A stretch of DNA of 63,646 nucleotides, filler included, from Dimorphilus gyrociliatus (lineage: Eukaryota; Animalia; Annelida): the NCBI GenBank assembly GCA_904063045.1. It is 5 parts of 5 records of this genome, joined end to end, with 100 filler letters (N's around TTAATTAATTAA, not from the genome) between each part and the next. Parts side by side here need not be neighbours in the genome. Positions count along the whole stretch, not along the records: positions 1 to 23,960 come from CAJFCJ010000159.1; positions 24,061 to 42,698 come from CAJFCJ010000204.1; 3 more parts are not named here. The stretch is one strand, 5' to 3'. The translations under genes were made by a program, and so were the position numbers. Below the pieces are notes generated by a model. That model searched no databases. It saw nothing but the letters and a program-made list of their open reading frames with translations, and was not told the DNA's origin. Positions 11,942-25,673 of this stretch are shown piece by piece (position 1 is the stretch's first letter; the number at the start of each line of letters is the position of its first letter).

Positions 11942-12058
11942 AGTCTTCAGGACGGCTTTTACACTCTATAACTAATCTTTTATAGATAAATTTAATAAAA
12001 ATTCACTTGCGGACAGTACAATTGTTCAAGGGTTAGGGTTAGGGTTAGACTGAAGACC
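11942..12058. repeat. Small element with 8-bp inverted ends and a (TTAGGG)n tract
   Basis: gtcttcag ... ctgaagac flank agggttagggttagggttag (~12029-12048). Confidence 0.35.
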
Positions 12059-13767
12059 TGATTATGTTTAAGGTAAAACCACAAAATAAGGTATGTAATG
12101 GTTTTAATAGAACCATAAAATAACTGAAGAAACTGCATTGAATTTATTTAAAATTTTATATTTCCTCCTGTAGCATTTAGTACAATGCTTAACTTGGTAT
12201 AAACTTGTTACGAACATTTAAGTGTTTGCATTTCGCTGCTTCCTGTTAAAACGCAGTTGGTAAACTGGTAAACCATATGTTTTAAGACATATACTAAATA
12301 TTTGTCAAGATCTTTGAATGAATGAATTGTACCATATTCAAAATCTTCTAATTATGTTTGTCAGTTGAGTATAATGATTTTGAATTTTTACAAAACATTC
12401 TAAATCTCTGCTGTTGCAAAAAAAAGAAGAAAACATTGGTACTTGATCTCTTGTTGACAAGTTGGAGAATGAAATAATGTAGAAGATTAAGGGAAATTTC
12501 ATACAAAAAGGAATAATCAATAAAATGGCATCATTTAAAATATGACAAGAAGATTTTAAAAGTTTTATGTACAAATTCTGCTATTCAACTGAGATCTCAA
12601 TGTCTTGTTAAAGTTAGACATTCTAGCCTTGACCTTGTTGAAATGTTTAAATCCATTCATTAATTCATTCCCATATTTTGATTTGTTTAGTTTCAATTAT
12701 CTCTTTAAATCAAATGGTATGATGAGAAAATATTGTGATAAGCCTTAAATTTGACCTTTAACCTTAGATTTTAGAGTATTTTAAACTATAGTAAGAAAAT
12801 TTGTATCATATACATGCCATATTTCGTTTAAAGATTAAAACATCTTGGAAGCGTTACCACAATGATAAAGAATTTAGAAACTTATGGTCCAATGAACATT
12901 TACTTGGTGCCTGTTATTCAAGCTCATCACAAAGGCTGCTTTAAAAATACTCTGGTTACGATATTAGAGAAGTCTGAGATTGTGAAAGATAATGGAAAAG
13001 GTCATTGTAACTTTTACAGTTCAAAAAGAGGAACATGCTTCCACACTGTAGTCAACAGATGTTCATTGGCAATCGTTAAAAGAAACTCTTATTAGGGTTA
13101 CGCAATAACATGAATGCTATTCTTATGCGAGATAATCGAAATCCATAACATAAAACTGATTGGAAACTGATTGGTCAAAATTTGAGACAATTAAATCACT
13201 GAACGCTGAAGTTTTTGAATGAACTGATCATGAAAATCAATTAAAAACACTTGTAACTGGCGATTGGATGGATATAATTGTCATTGGAATGTGACAAAAC
13301 AAGAATAAGCGCCATCAAGAAATTTTGGTCCAAGAAAACAAAACGTGACAATTTACTAGTTGTTGTACTGTAATAGTAGCATTTTCCGGTTTGTCACTGC
13401 TTTGATTGAGTAAATGAGTCAAACAAGGATCTGTTGATTGTTGAGTTCTGGTCTATCCTGCACTCACTGCATGACCTTTTTCCATGAAAGTTGACTTTCC
13501 CAGTGATTTCGGGTATTTTGTCAGGCCTACTAGAAGTGAATAGAGAAAGAGTTCTCTAAATGCTAATGATAATCATTATAATCGGAGATGTTAGAAGATG
13601 AGAGGTTTTTCTAAATAAGAAAGTATATTGAATTTCTTGAAATCACGAAATTTTTTAATTGATGCTTGAATACTAAATTTAAATTTCGTATTCAAATAAA
13701 CAAATAAAACAATATCGTTTTATAGAAAAGTTGTCAGTTGTATTCTCCATTTAGAAGAAGAAGAAGA

Positions 13768-13894
13768 ATGTCCCTATTCTATAATTTTCTTTCAATCTGT
13801 CTCTTATCTTTTTCTGTTTTGGTTGAAAAAATAGACATTTCCAACTACCAGTTTTCTTTTGAAAAATTTGAAACGAGTGATGTGTTTAGTAAAG
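13768..13894 (+). CDS. Possible first exon (signal peptide) of an unidentified secreted protein
   Basis: MSLFYNFLSICLLSFSVLVEK... is signal-peptide-like. No downstream exons were recognised. Confidence 0.25.
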
Positions 13895-14173
13895 GCAAAT
13901 TAAATACGTCATTTAAAACTGTATTTAAAAAAAACAATAACAATAACAACAACGAGAAATGATTGGCTAATATTTTTTTTTCTTTTTTCTTTTTAGCCTC
14001 CAAAGTAAAACAAAATATATTTTATCTCTGATTTGTTGCTTAAAAACCAAAGATTGTAAGCCTATATCTATGTATATAGATAGATATTTAAAAATCGTAG
14101 TAAATTTAAAAAAAACCCCATTAATTTCATAGTCTTTTTTGCATATGGAAATGTTGAAAAACATTTGTGTCAT

Positions 14174-14263
14174 GGGAACAACAGAAGTCGCCCAGGACAG
14201 AAGTCGCCTAGAGATTGATAGAAGTCGCCCAGGACTATGACAGAAGCTGCCCAGAATTGTAGA
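14174..14263 (+). repeat. MULE-type terminal tandem units (acagaagtcgcccagg)
   Basis: Four degenerate gacagaagtcgccc units after a GGG start; no partner end was seen. Confidence 0.6.
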
Positions 14264-15462
14264 AGACTTAATGTCTTTGTTCTTTGTTTCTACTGATTTC
14301 TGACAATTGAAATATGTAATAAGTATTAATAAATATAGAATTCATCATTTAATAATAATTAAATAGTGAATGAATTAAATAATAAAATACTGGCATTCTG
14401 TTGAAGGTTTTACATAAATATCATTTATTTGCTTAAACTTGTGGACAAACTTGAGGTTCTATTTGGATCAGTACAGCAGAAAATTGCTACAATAACAATA
14501 CCAAGCCTCTCAATATATGATATTACAAGCCTTGCAGACATTTATTATGAAAAAAGTGCAGATACAATGAGCATTTGCTTTTAATTTGCTTACCAACAAA
14601 TTTCTTATTACAGAAACAAACAATTGTTCTTATAATGGTCATTTTATGCCAGTAGATGATTAATTTCTGTTGGTTCATGAAGATTTTATGCCATGGACAT
14701 TTTTTTTTTTTGAACATTTTCTGTTAACCCCTATCTTTGGTATGTTACTTGGAATATATATATGAAATAATTATATATTACTCTAATATCAAAAACTCTA
14801 ACTAAATAAGCTTAGAAGAAAAACTACAAAAAGAAAGCACTAAGATCAAAAGTTTGCTTTTTGAAATTTTACAAAATTTTATTTCTATTTTCTTCCAAAA
14901 GTTATAAATATTTTTTTATCATTTCATGAAGAAGTACTCCCATTGAAAGTATGTCTTCTTTATCATTTAATGGGTTATTTAAATAAGCATTTCTGATGTT
15001 TAAGCAATATTTTCTTGAAAAACTCTATCATTTATACAACAATTTTTCAAATCATTAACATTAACTGTTTATGTACAAAGATTAGTAAAAAATATTACAT
15101 TATGAAAAATAGAAGCAATTGAAAATTCTCCCTTAAGTGATATTCCTTTTGAATGAAAAGCCACAAAATTCATCATAAGATCTTTAAACATATTGTAAAT
15201 TTTACACAAGTTGTGCAATTTGTTTGCTGTTTCTACTCTTTTGAAATATAATGAGTAATTTATAAAACACAAGTTAAACGTTTTTAACTTCCTAAAAAAC
15301 AATTCAACTTTGAGAAAAAAAGAAAATTATTAAGTTTTTATTTTAAAATACTTAAAATATAATAACCTTTTTGGAACGATTCCAGTTCTACTTTTGCCAA
15401 AAATTTTAGTCTATCAAAAAAAAATAAAAGATACAAAAATATATTTCTTTACTTTAAAATAT

Positions 15463-18400
15463 TCACAAATCTTCTTCTTCCTGAATGTTTAGATCTTTTC
15501 TATAGACTGAGTAATTAAACAAAAGTATGCAAAATGGATTTGTAATTGAATTTAAAGATGAAAAAATTATAGTGAACCAATAAAAATCATCTGTTAAAAG
15601 ATCACTGAGAAATAAACTTGAAACACCTAAAGTCAAAATAACCAGCCAAACTATCAGATTAATTAATGTAAGAAAAATGATTGATTTTCTTAAGTTTCTT
15701 TTTCTTCCTTTTTCCCCAACATTGATATTTGAATGTTTTATGTTTATTGAGATTTTTATATATAAAATGAAATTAATGAAGTAAAAGCTTGGAATGAAAA
15801 GTCCAAAGATAATGAATGATGTTATCCAATAATGCAGTTTAGCTGGCTTTATATAAATGTAGAAACATGTTGGAATAGAAATGTCCATGTCCTTAATAAA
15901 TAAAAGGAGGAAAGAAAATAACTGAAGGAGACTACTTGGACAAAAATCCAGTTGAAATTAGATACCATTTTATGTTGCCATGAAAGAAAACATGTCATTA
16001 TTGGAGCATATATATCTTTCTTAACCAGTTTTGAAATTCATGACATTTTTGTATCTAATTTCAACATGACAAAACAAGAAATACTGACTTTTTGAAAAGC
16101 AAGTGGTAAGAGTGTTATTATGAGGGAAAATGCGATTAGCAAAAGTACAATTATTTTGGAATGTTTGGAGAAAAGAGACTTTTTCAATGGACTAACAACA
16201 GCATAATATCTCTCCACAGTAATTGATAAAGTGCTTAATGATGATAAAATTAAAGAAAATGTCATTACCTTTCCCAAAATTTGACAGAGACTACTATTTC
16301 TCCAAACTGTGTCATTTTCTAGGTAGGAACTTGAATAGTATGAATCTACAATTGCTATTGTCATCATATAGCATGATATGAAAAAATCACTAAACAACAA
16401 AAGTATGTGATATGAAACTGCTTTTCTAAACACAAGAAATATTAAGAATAATGAAAGAAGATTTGCAAAAGTTCCAACAATTCCAAATGCCCAAAAACAA
16501 ATTTTGCTTGTAAAGGAATTTAATAATTTTTCACAATTATCAAAAATTTCTAATGATGGTTTGCATTGAACAATTTTACCAAAAAGTTTCCAAGCTAAGC
16601 AACAAAACAGAAAATTATCACTTTCAACATTTTCCAATTGCCCCGTTTCCAACAAAATATTTTTCCATGCACTCATCGTCAGAGCAGTGTCAGTGAAAGA
16701 AATCTCCCTTAGCCTTTTCAACTGGCTAAAGGAGCCTTCTTCAATATTTTTTATGGGACAATTCACAAATTTAAATACTTTTAGTTCTTTTAACAAAACT
16801 AAATCCAAAAAATTGATGATGCCTACATTTGTATGAGAAATATCCAGACAAAACAAGTGGCTGCAAGCCAAATGTTTTCCTATGAAAGATAATGAAGCAA
16901 TTGAATTGTGGGAAATGTTCAGATATTGTAACAGTTTCAAAGCAGATTTTAAATTCAGATTTGAACTGTTTATTGCCACATTTGTAAGTTTCAAATACAC
17001 TAGATTTGGGAAGAAATTTGATGAAAATTCAAAATCATTCCCAGCATTTTCAATACTCAGGATAAATAAGTGGAAAGACAATTGAAAGAATTTCTTAGGA
17101 GGTGAACCAATCACTTTTATTCTCTTTGTAGATTTCAAATATTCCCTACTTTCCCAGCTCATTTGCAAAGGAACTTTATTGCTCATTTTTTCAAATTTGC
17201 ATATAATTTCCAGCTGTGAATTTTGGCTGCACTCTTGTATTCCAGTTGGCTTCTTCAAAGTGCACAAAATCTCATCACTTCCATTTAGACAATCCACTTT
17301 TCCATCACAAACAAATTCAGTTGATATAAATGGTGGCGAAACTTTGCATTTAAAATATCCTTCTGCTTTAAAGTTATCTGCAAAAACAAATAAATCAACT
17401 TGCAACAATTTGATTTTGAAATTGAAACTTTTAAACTAGGTAAACAATTGAAAAAGAAAATTGTATAAAATAGTGTACCGCATTCAGTTTCATCATCACC
17501 AAGACTGCAATCTTTCACACCATCACAAATTTGCTGTATAGAAATGCAGTAACGATCTCTGTAACACAAATATTGTCCATATGGACAGGATGATGTTTGG
17601 CATTCTGAAATTATGGCATATAGGTTTGTGATTGGCTGCTGCATAGTATTTTTCAAGTAAAAACAAGGAGATGTTTTATTATATAGCATTCTTTCAGATT
17701 TTTCCACATTATTTAAACAGTCCTTTTTCCCATCAGCTTTCATAGAGAGTGGAGCACACTTTTCATCCAGATTAGATTCACAGTGAAATTGATTTCTATC
17801 ATTGCAATCTGTTGAGGAAATGTTATGGACAATTTAATAAAATTCAATGTTTGTGAAGAAAACACAAGTATCATGTCAGACTGTTTTCAAACTCCTGCAT
17901 TAAGCTGCCTGGTGTGGAACAAATTTCATCTGTTGCATCAAAGCAATTCTTCTCATTGTTGCATATTTGATTTTGAGGAATGCATTGTTTATTTAAACAA
18001 GCTCTGCAATTTTCATTGTAATTTACTCTTTTGCAAAACTTGACTTGAATAGTTTTAATTTATTACCTAAAGCCAGAATTGCATTTTTCTTGTTCTAAAT
18101 TTCATGGGTGCAATTATTACAGTGTTTTTTGTGTGTTTAAAGTAGACGCTAACCACAATATCTTTCATCAGATCCATCAGAACAGTCTCTTTGATGGTTG
18201 CACAGTTTCAGGAAAGAAATGCTTTCACTCGAAGAAAAACATTTAAAATCAAACTTGTAAAAAGACTGACATTCATTTTCATCTTCATTTTCACCACAAT
18301 CATTTATTCCATCACATTTATATAGAATATTTATGTAAATTTTACTCAGATGACAATAGAAACTGTTTAATGGTTCACTTGTATTCTTTTTATTGAATAA

Positions 18401-18900
18401 TTCAAAATTCTCTGGCCTCTTTATTTCTGAAAAATTGTGTTCAAATATCAGTCTATATACATTATGTCCACCATATCATTGCATTTTCATCAATTTAAGA
18501 ATTTTATCAATTGTGCAAATTATATAAATAAAACAATTGCAAAACTTTGTTTAAATTATATTGGGAAAGTGTACATAATTGAACAATCTCTATCTCATAG
18601 GTGAACAACAATGTGCTGCAAAACAAAATTTGCCTAATAGCTTCCATTGACTATATTGCTCAACTGATAATGGAATACTAAAATCAAAATTATTTCAATA
18701 TATAGTCTGCAGTTTCAGAAATATTCCATTCTACTTTTTTTTAATATCTGTACAATCTAGTCATTTTTTTCAAAGTGAACAAAACTACAAAAGTGCTGGT
18801 TTTGGATCATCTTTTTACAGAAACATTGAAAAATTAAAAAAAAATGCTTACTCTGTAGTTTTTGACAAATTATAATTTTTTTTTCATCTTTTGACCAACA
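15463..18900 (-). CDS. GRL101-like LDLa-LRR rhodopsin-class GPCR (LGR type C-like); contains frame breaks, so may be a pseudogene
   Basis: Multiple LDLa repeats (CDGINDCGENEDE, CDGVKDCSLGDDE, CDGKVDCLNGSDE), LRRs (LQYLNISHNSI, LDISHTNV), hinge FLCC, TM3 TVERYYAVVSP and TM7 NSITNPF. A one-base frameshift is apparent near 17760. Confidence 0.85.
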
Positions 18901-18982
18901 GCTTGTTTTTTCTAAAAGTAAACTTTCAACATATTCTCTCCTAAAAGGTTTATTTTGTCCTTTGTTAATACAGATGTTTTTA

Positions 18983-20930
18983 GGGAGTGGGTGAAACTGT
19001 GCCTAAGTGAGACTGTACCCATGCTGGGTGAAACCATACCCATAAAAGTATAGTTAAGTGAAGATGTAATAATACTAAAGACAGTGATATATAATACTAA
19101 GAAAGTGAAAATAAAGAAATATTGAAATATAAAAAATGAAAAATCTGGAAAAAGTGAGGATACAAGAAAGAATACTATGGAGCGTAAATATATGATGTTT
19201 AAACTAAAAGTTCATCAGCCAATAATCCTCCAAGTCTATAATTTTCCCAGATTTCAAATATTTTCCTCTCCGTCTGAGTATACTGCTTTTTCTGATACTG
19301 AATAATCTTTTTCTCAGACAAAAGTTTTTGGTAGATGATAACTAAAGTTGCTTCTGTCTTTAGTTCAGCTATCAGCCAATAAAATGATCCTTTAGATGCT
19401 ACTTTATTATTCATTCTATTGTGCTATCCCTCAACACTATTATTTGTTCTTATGGACAATCCATATATAGACCAGTTCTCTGGTTTCCATATGGAGTTCA
19501 TAATCCAAGTAGCCTCAAAATGTTCTAATAAATCTCCAAACTTTTCTTTTTCTATCAGTTCAGATTTTAATCTGTAAAATGTTGAAGCAATTATGTCAGC
19601 GGGCAGAAAACTTAAGTCCATCAGCTTTTTCATGTCTCTCCAGTCTTCTCCTTTTTCCATATACTTCCCAGAGTAGCCAAGAGACAGGAGTAACATTCAT
19701 TGTAAAGAAAAGTTTGAAAAGTTGATTGAAACTGAATCTTATACCTGAAGTTTCCTGTAAATTGCCTGTGTAAAATGGAAAACACATCCATGAATTTTTG
19801 ATTCTGGATATATTCTGGATACAGCTCTCCACAGACCCATCTCAAAATCAATTGTAATCTTTTCAGGTTGTGACATGCCAGTCAGATTTCTGATACTCTG
19901 AAATATGGAATACATTTCAAAAGTTGGAAAATAAGTTGCTCATGATTATACCTTGAATACCTTTTTATAGCTTTTTCTTTTTTTTGATGTCATAAAGATG
20001 AATGCTAAGGGAACATGTTTCATTTCTCCATCTTTTTTTACATAGCTGTGTATAGATAAGAGCTGATAAAATGGAGCCTTCACAATCTTGAATGTTCCAT
20101 CAATAAATTTTCAATGTTAATGAAAATCCATCATTGATTAGAATGTCTTTTCCCAACTGACTTCCACCTTTAATTATTTGAAAGTTGTCATTCACATTTG
20201 CATCTTCATTTGGATTTACATGTATGACATCCTCAGTTATATGTTCTTCAATTTCTTTTTCATTCATGTTGCGGCTATCACAATTTCCATCATCATCAAA
20301 CTCTGGTTCATTTGAAAGACTATCATTCAACTCACTTGGACTTTCTGCATCTTGAAACTGACACCTTAGAATCTGAATGAAATAGCTGAATAATTATAAT
20401 AATCATATGGATTATAGAATCATACTAATGATGCATTTCTGATGAATAATTTCATTGCATAGCACACAGGATTTTCTCTTCTCTCTTCCATGTACAATAA
20501 GCTTGCAATTTTTACATTTAACTGCCATATTTCAATACTGACTGAAAATATTCATTATATATAATGCTATCTAACAAAGAATTATCATTAGCATTTATTC
20601 AAAATGGCTGAACATTCTTTATCAAATAAATTCAATATTTTCCAAATGAAGATAACATGTATAGTGAAAATCTTAATACAAAATTGAACTAGATTAAATT
20701 ATAAATGAATTTACATTTTTTCAATCCTCCAAGATAAACTTTGTCCAAAAATATTCAGAAAATATGTAAACTCTTTCCAAAGTGAAAGTTTTCTTCTTCA
20801 ATTTTAAAATGGCTGTCTTTTTATTTTTTAACAATCTTTTTATTGTTTTTGGTTTAATTATTATCATTTAATAATATAAGATAACTAGGTTTCTTATGGG
20901 TATGATTTCACTCAGGTATGGTTTCACCCC
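18983..20930 (-). mobile_element. Second FLYWCH-MULE (Phantom-like) transposon, degenerate, inserted in the GPCR locus
   Basis: Terminal gggtgaaaccatacc units are inverted at both ends. Coding remnants: PHD-like KCKNC...CVLC near 20420-20530, KGGSQLGKDILINDGFS, LMDLSFLP...LEHFEATW...WKPENWSIY...RTNNSVEG. No clean TSD. Confidence 0.85.
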
Positions 20931-21199
20931 TATTTGTGTTTTTGTAGGCTTTTGGAAAATACCCATTTGGTAAATATTCCCCAAGGAATTGATTGTATTA
21001 ATATTGGTTTATGTTAATTAATCAATTCTTTGAGTCACATGTGTCAAGAGGATATAAAAAATGTTTAATAACAGAGTTGATATTTGGTTAAAGGAGAAAA
21101 AAATTTGAAGGGCACTTTCATCAATATGTTTGTTGTATATTTTTTTGGTTTAAATGTAAAGACGTACCTTTGTCTGTATCCTTTGAATTTTTTATGAAT

Positions 21200-23830
21200 C
21201 ACCTCATTATCACCAAGCCATTTTAAACTTTGATCATCATTCTATTCATTTTAAGGATAATGAGAGACTTAATTACAATTTTTTATGTACAATTTAATTG
21301 AAAAAATCTACTGCATAGTACAGCAAAATACACATTTGTTTTGAATAGGTTGTTTGTGAAGGAAAAAAATTTACAAATTCCTTGTATTTCTAAATTGAAA
21401 GGGCTAAAGTTATTCTTTAAAAAGAATTAAAACTTGCCAATCAGCTAAGAACATGAAAATATTATGTTATAAAAAGGTATAGATGATGAATTTCTTAGCT
21501 AATTTCAAACAAAAATAAAAAGAAATATTTCTCTCTTACAAATGCTTCAATAAACAAAGGTATATTTAATGTAATCCCACTTGTTGTTAGAAAGAGTTCA
21601 TGAGCTATTTTATCATAGGCTTTTAAAGTTACTGTTATAGAATTGTTATGGTGTTTTTGGTTTGTTTGATTTCATAATTCAATTAGATCATTCTACCTAT
21701 GAACTTAGGTGCCATCTTTTGATAAACTTTAATATATATATGTAAAAGATAACGAATAATAAAATTTTTTTGCAGTGTGGGATAATCTGATAAAGTTAGA
21801 TTTTTAGATTGACAAAAATTTTCCATATCTGGTATATTATATCCCTCTTGTACATCAAAAATAGAATAGCAAACATCATTTACTAAAACAGTCAAATTTC
21901 CATTACATTCTGTGTAGAGAAAATAATAAGTAATTAACAATGAATTTAAAGTTTTCTACCATCTAAAATATTGTTTGAACATTCCAAAAAGAATAATGGA
22001 ATTTCTTTTACATATGAATAAGCTAAGAAATTTGTATTATCCCTGAAAAGAGGGCAATTAGTGTTTTAAAAACTTTGAGAAATAATTCAAAATTTGAAAG
22101 TGGCAATATATAAATATTATACATGTCACCAAATATGCAATCAGAGAGTTTTGTAGCATTTGCATGACATTTGAATGAGTCATAAAATGTTTGATTATTC
22201 ACAATTTCAAGATGGAGAACTGAATTCAACTGAGCCATTTGTGATGGAATAATTGTTCCATATTGAAAACCAAAAGATTTACATATAAATTGAGTTTCAT
22301 ACAATGTTAGATATTTAAAACCATGCCAATGCAGTAATTTGAATGTTTGAAAATTTCCACTAAATATATCATAAGAATGATTCATTCCATAGTATAATAT
22401 TTGATTTTTGTTATTAAATAATCTAAAATCTAAATTTCAATGAAATAATATAAAAAAGAGAATTTTTGAATATTTTACCAAAAAAAAGGTTTTATTAACC
22501 TGAAGGCCTTGTTGTTAAACCTTCACAATTTGGAATTACATGGTCAACAATGATATGTGGTGAACCCAATTCAATATCACAATAAAATTTTTTACTTTTA
22601 ACATTGCAGTCTCTTAAAACAGGACTTTTCTAATAAATACAGAATTTATGGTTTTTCTTTTACCTTCCCACCCTCTGTTAATTTTACCTTTTTGAAAACA
22701 ATTTCGAAACAACTGTTTTCTTTTAAAGTCAGAGAGAAATGTACACACATTTGTTGGCATATATTAATACCTCTATATGCATTACTCCTCTCAAATATGG
22801 GTAAGATGGGTCCATATGTTTTTGATTGTATATAATAAAGAAAATTTGAATCATGTACATATGATAAAAAGTATTTTTCAATATCACTTGCATTGTCGAT
22901 ATGTTTTATTTCATAATCTAAAATTTTTTTTGTCATTCTAAAAGTTTTTTCATATATTTGGGACATATTGAAAGTTTTAGTCATTTGTGCTTCATAACTA
23001 AAAAAAATACATAATAAGCTTATTCATAAATACAACATTCAAAAGCTTTATAACGTATTTTCAATATTTGAGATATCTCAGCCTGACTTTTTCTCCTGTT
23101 ATGCCTGATTAATGCATTTAACTGTTTCCTTTTTTTTCATTGTTACAGGCTGTTCTTGGATGTCCTTGCCTGTCATCATCAATCACATCTGTGCTCCCTT
23201 CTTTAAATTGTCTAACCCACCTCCTTACTGAACTTTCACAAAGTGTTGTAGTATTACCCAAAAAACACTTTCAGTTGCTTATGAATATTGACTTCAATAA
23301 TTTGCAATAGAAATAGAATAATTGCTTGCTGGTTTATACTATCATCTATTCTGTGCCACTACTGAATTCTAAATAACTTTTCATTGAAGGATTGTAATCT
23401 GCAAAAGTTTTTAGGGACAGTACATAAGTCAATTCACTTTCTATTAATGTTAATAGTATAGGCCTACAGTGTACCATATTAGAGTTATAGTGAAGGGGAT
23501 AAGGCTTTCAATATGGCCCAGCATAATTGGAAAAGTACAAACCTCGAAGTTCTTGATTTTTGCAATGTAAATAGACTTCTCCAAATGCAAACATTTTAGG
23601 CATAACAACTGAAAATTCAATACCCATACTGTAAATATCTAACTCAGACACTAACTCAACTTGAAATGGAATTTGAAGAATAAAATTTGCTTTTGAGCAA
23701 AGCAACTCTGTGTCTATGTAATTTTGATAAACTGCAACATAGAATACAAAATCTCTTTCATAGACAATATTATATTTGTCATTATTTTTCACAGCAAATA
23801 AGTCTGGAATAGGAACCAGTTTTTTTTTAA
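21200..23830 (-). CDS. Exons encoding SRCR-like and C-type-lectin-like modules; probably the N-terminal part of the GRL101-like GPCR
   Basis: W...TQFICKSFGF...DSFKCHANATKLSDC is SRCR-like. CNGNLTVLVNDVCYSIF...MENFCQSKNLTL is CTLD-like. The exons are on the same strand and upstream of the LDLa exons; the linkage is inferred. Confidence 0.5.
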
Positions 23831-23960
23831 ATTTAAATAAATGATAATATATTTGAAAATTTTCAAACTTTTAATATAACAAGTTAAATATATTCCATTC
23901 TCATTTGATTTATGGTACATTTCTCTAATAAATAGGTCATTATTCAAAATAAAGTATATA

Positions 23961-24060
23961 NNNNNNNNNNNNNNNNNNNNNNNNNNNNNNNNNNNNNNNN
24001 NNNNTTAATTAATTAANNNNNNNNNNNNNNNNNNNNNNNNNNNNNNNNNNNNNNNNNNNN
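23961..24060. other. Artificial contig-joining linker (N44-TTAATTAATTAA-N44); identical linkers at 42699-42798, 48726-48825 and 56436-56535
   Basis: All four are identical 100-bp spacers whose 12-mer places stops in all six frames. Confidence 0.97.
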
Positions 24061-25673
24061 GTATTTAATTATTTTCTTTATATGATTGTTTAATCTACCT
24101 GAATGTTCCTCAAAACTGCTTGTTTCAAATGAAAAGAGCATCCTTGAAGGTCAGAATTGGGAAATTGCTCTTTAAGTGCCATCCATACAGCCTTTTCAAA
24201 ATCAAGCACACATTTTCTGGGAGTTTTATCATTGATTAATTTTCTTATCTCCTATTTTCAAATGAAAATTGATAAATTAAAAGTGATTAAAATACTGAAA
24301 TATCTCAAACCTGAAGTACAGCAATATAACAGCTTTTCTTCTTGCTACTCATCAGAACATAGACCAATGGAACCTGTTGGGATGTGGTAGAAAACGGCCA
24401 TAAATTGTGAAACAAAGAGAGATGAATCAATGTCTTGTGGAGACTTAATAAAATCTGTTCCATTAAAATGTGGTGCTATTTTCTTTATTCATTATTTATT
24501 TAAACCTAATTGGACATTTTTGCATACCAGTTTCTATGTATACATTTTCATTCTCCTCCTTTCTGTTGAATATTTTGTGTTTAGTAACCATTTTAAGAAA
24601 TTTCAACAGGCCCTCTCAACTATTCAACATGATGCTAACACTAGCAGATCTATTGTTCAATCTATTTCTCAATCATTTCCATTCAAGATATAAGATTTTT
24701 AAGGATGTGGTAGAAAACAGCCATAAATCTATGGTTTTACCCTAACCCTAACCCAGCCCTTGTTTTTGCCTAACCTTTTTGATTACCCCTAACCCTTAGA
24801 TGGGACCCTCCTAAGAACATATCAACAGTTATCTTATTCCTCCTAACCATTTCCCAGGCTGAAATCTAACTTTCAAATATTTCATTTATGGCCGTTTTCG
24901 ACCGGTCCCGATTTTTAAATATCTATATTGAAAATGACTTAGAATGGAGGAAGAGCAATTTATGTCAAATTTCTGGTATTTTAGCTACATTTTCAATTGT
25001 TCTATCAAATTTTAGCCTACTTCTTCTGGCATATGAAAAATATAAAGTATTCAAATCTGGTTTAAAGTTTCAAAATCTTTTGAGAATTCATGTTTCAATT
25101 TTAACATCAATTTCAATTTTGTTATCATTAATTCTTTCTATTTTGCCATTTTTCATTTTTTCTGTTTGTAGACTTTTTTTGACTCTAACATTAAATATAG
25201 GCTTATATTATCTATGTTTAAAGAATTACTACTCCAGATTACCATTCTGTTTTTACATTCATTTAACAAATCACAGAAAAGATGGATGGATCTATTCATT
25301 TTTCCTCTTTTCAATATTAACATTTGTCAATAGTTTAATAATACTTATTTTCTATATTTTTATATTATCACTCATCTCTCAAAATAATCATATTTTAAGT
25401 AAAGAAGCCAGATTTACAATCTTACAAGTTATAAAAACTGGAAGTTTAATAATCCTTTCAAATCTATTAACATGGACACCATTATCATTTTTAGGTTTCA
25501 TGGCTGCATTTCAAAAGAGTCAATTAACCTACAAAACCTACATATGGATATTTGGTACTATTTTACCAGCAAATTCAGTTTTAAATCCATTCATCTACTC
25601 TGGAAATAGTATGAGAAATTCAATCAAAATCAATGAAAAAAAAAAGAGTATTGTTTTTGTTTTTAAGTTTTGA
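24061..25673 (+). pseudogene. GRL101-like LRR-GPCR pseudogene interrupted by a MITE
   Basis: Hinge CETKRDESMSCGDLIKS, TM2 LTLADLLF, ENDLEWRKSNLCQISG, LAYEKY, LSNLLTWTP and TM7 NSVLNPFIY. There is a frameshift near 24655 and a MITE within the exon. Confidence 0.8.
24703..24909. mobile_element. 207-bp MULE-type MITE with a CCCTAA core and perfect 9-bp TSD
   Basis: TIRs ggatgtggtagaaaacagccataaat / atttatggccgttttcgaccggtccc. TSD GATTTTTAA at 24694-24702 and 24910-24918. A solo TIR of the same family lies at 24378-24404. Confidence 0.9.

Noticed and set aside
12029-12048. (TTAGGG)3 tracts read as true telomeres or fusion scars (also 6560-6580, 11048-11062, 24738-24752, 39953-39966, 47698-47708)
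   Set aside because: All are only 2-3 units long, internal, and mostly inside short repeat elements.
24005-24016. TTAATTAATTAA palindrome (PacI-like) repeated four times
   Set aside because: It is always centred in identical 100-bp N spacers, so it is an artificial contig linker. Adjacency across the linkers has no biological meaning.
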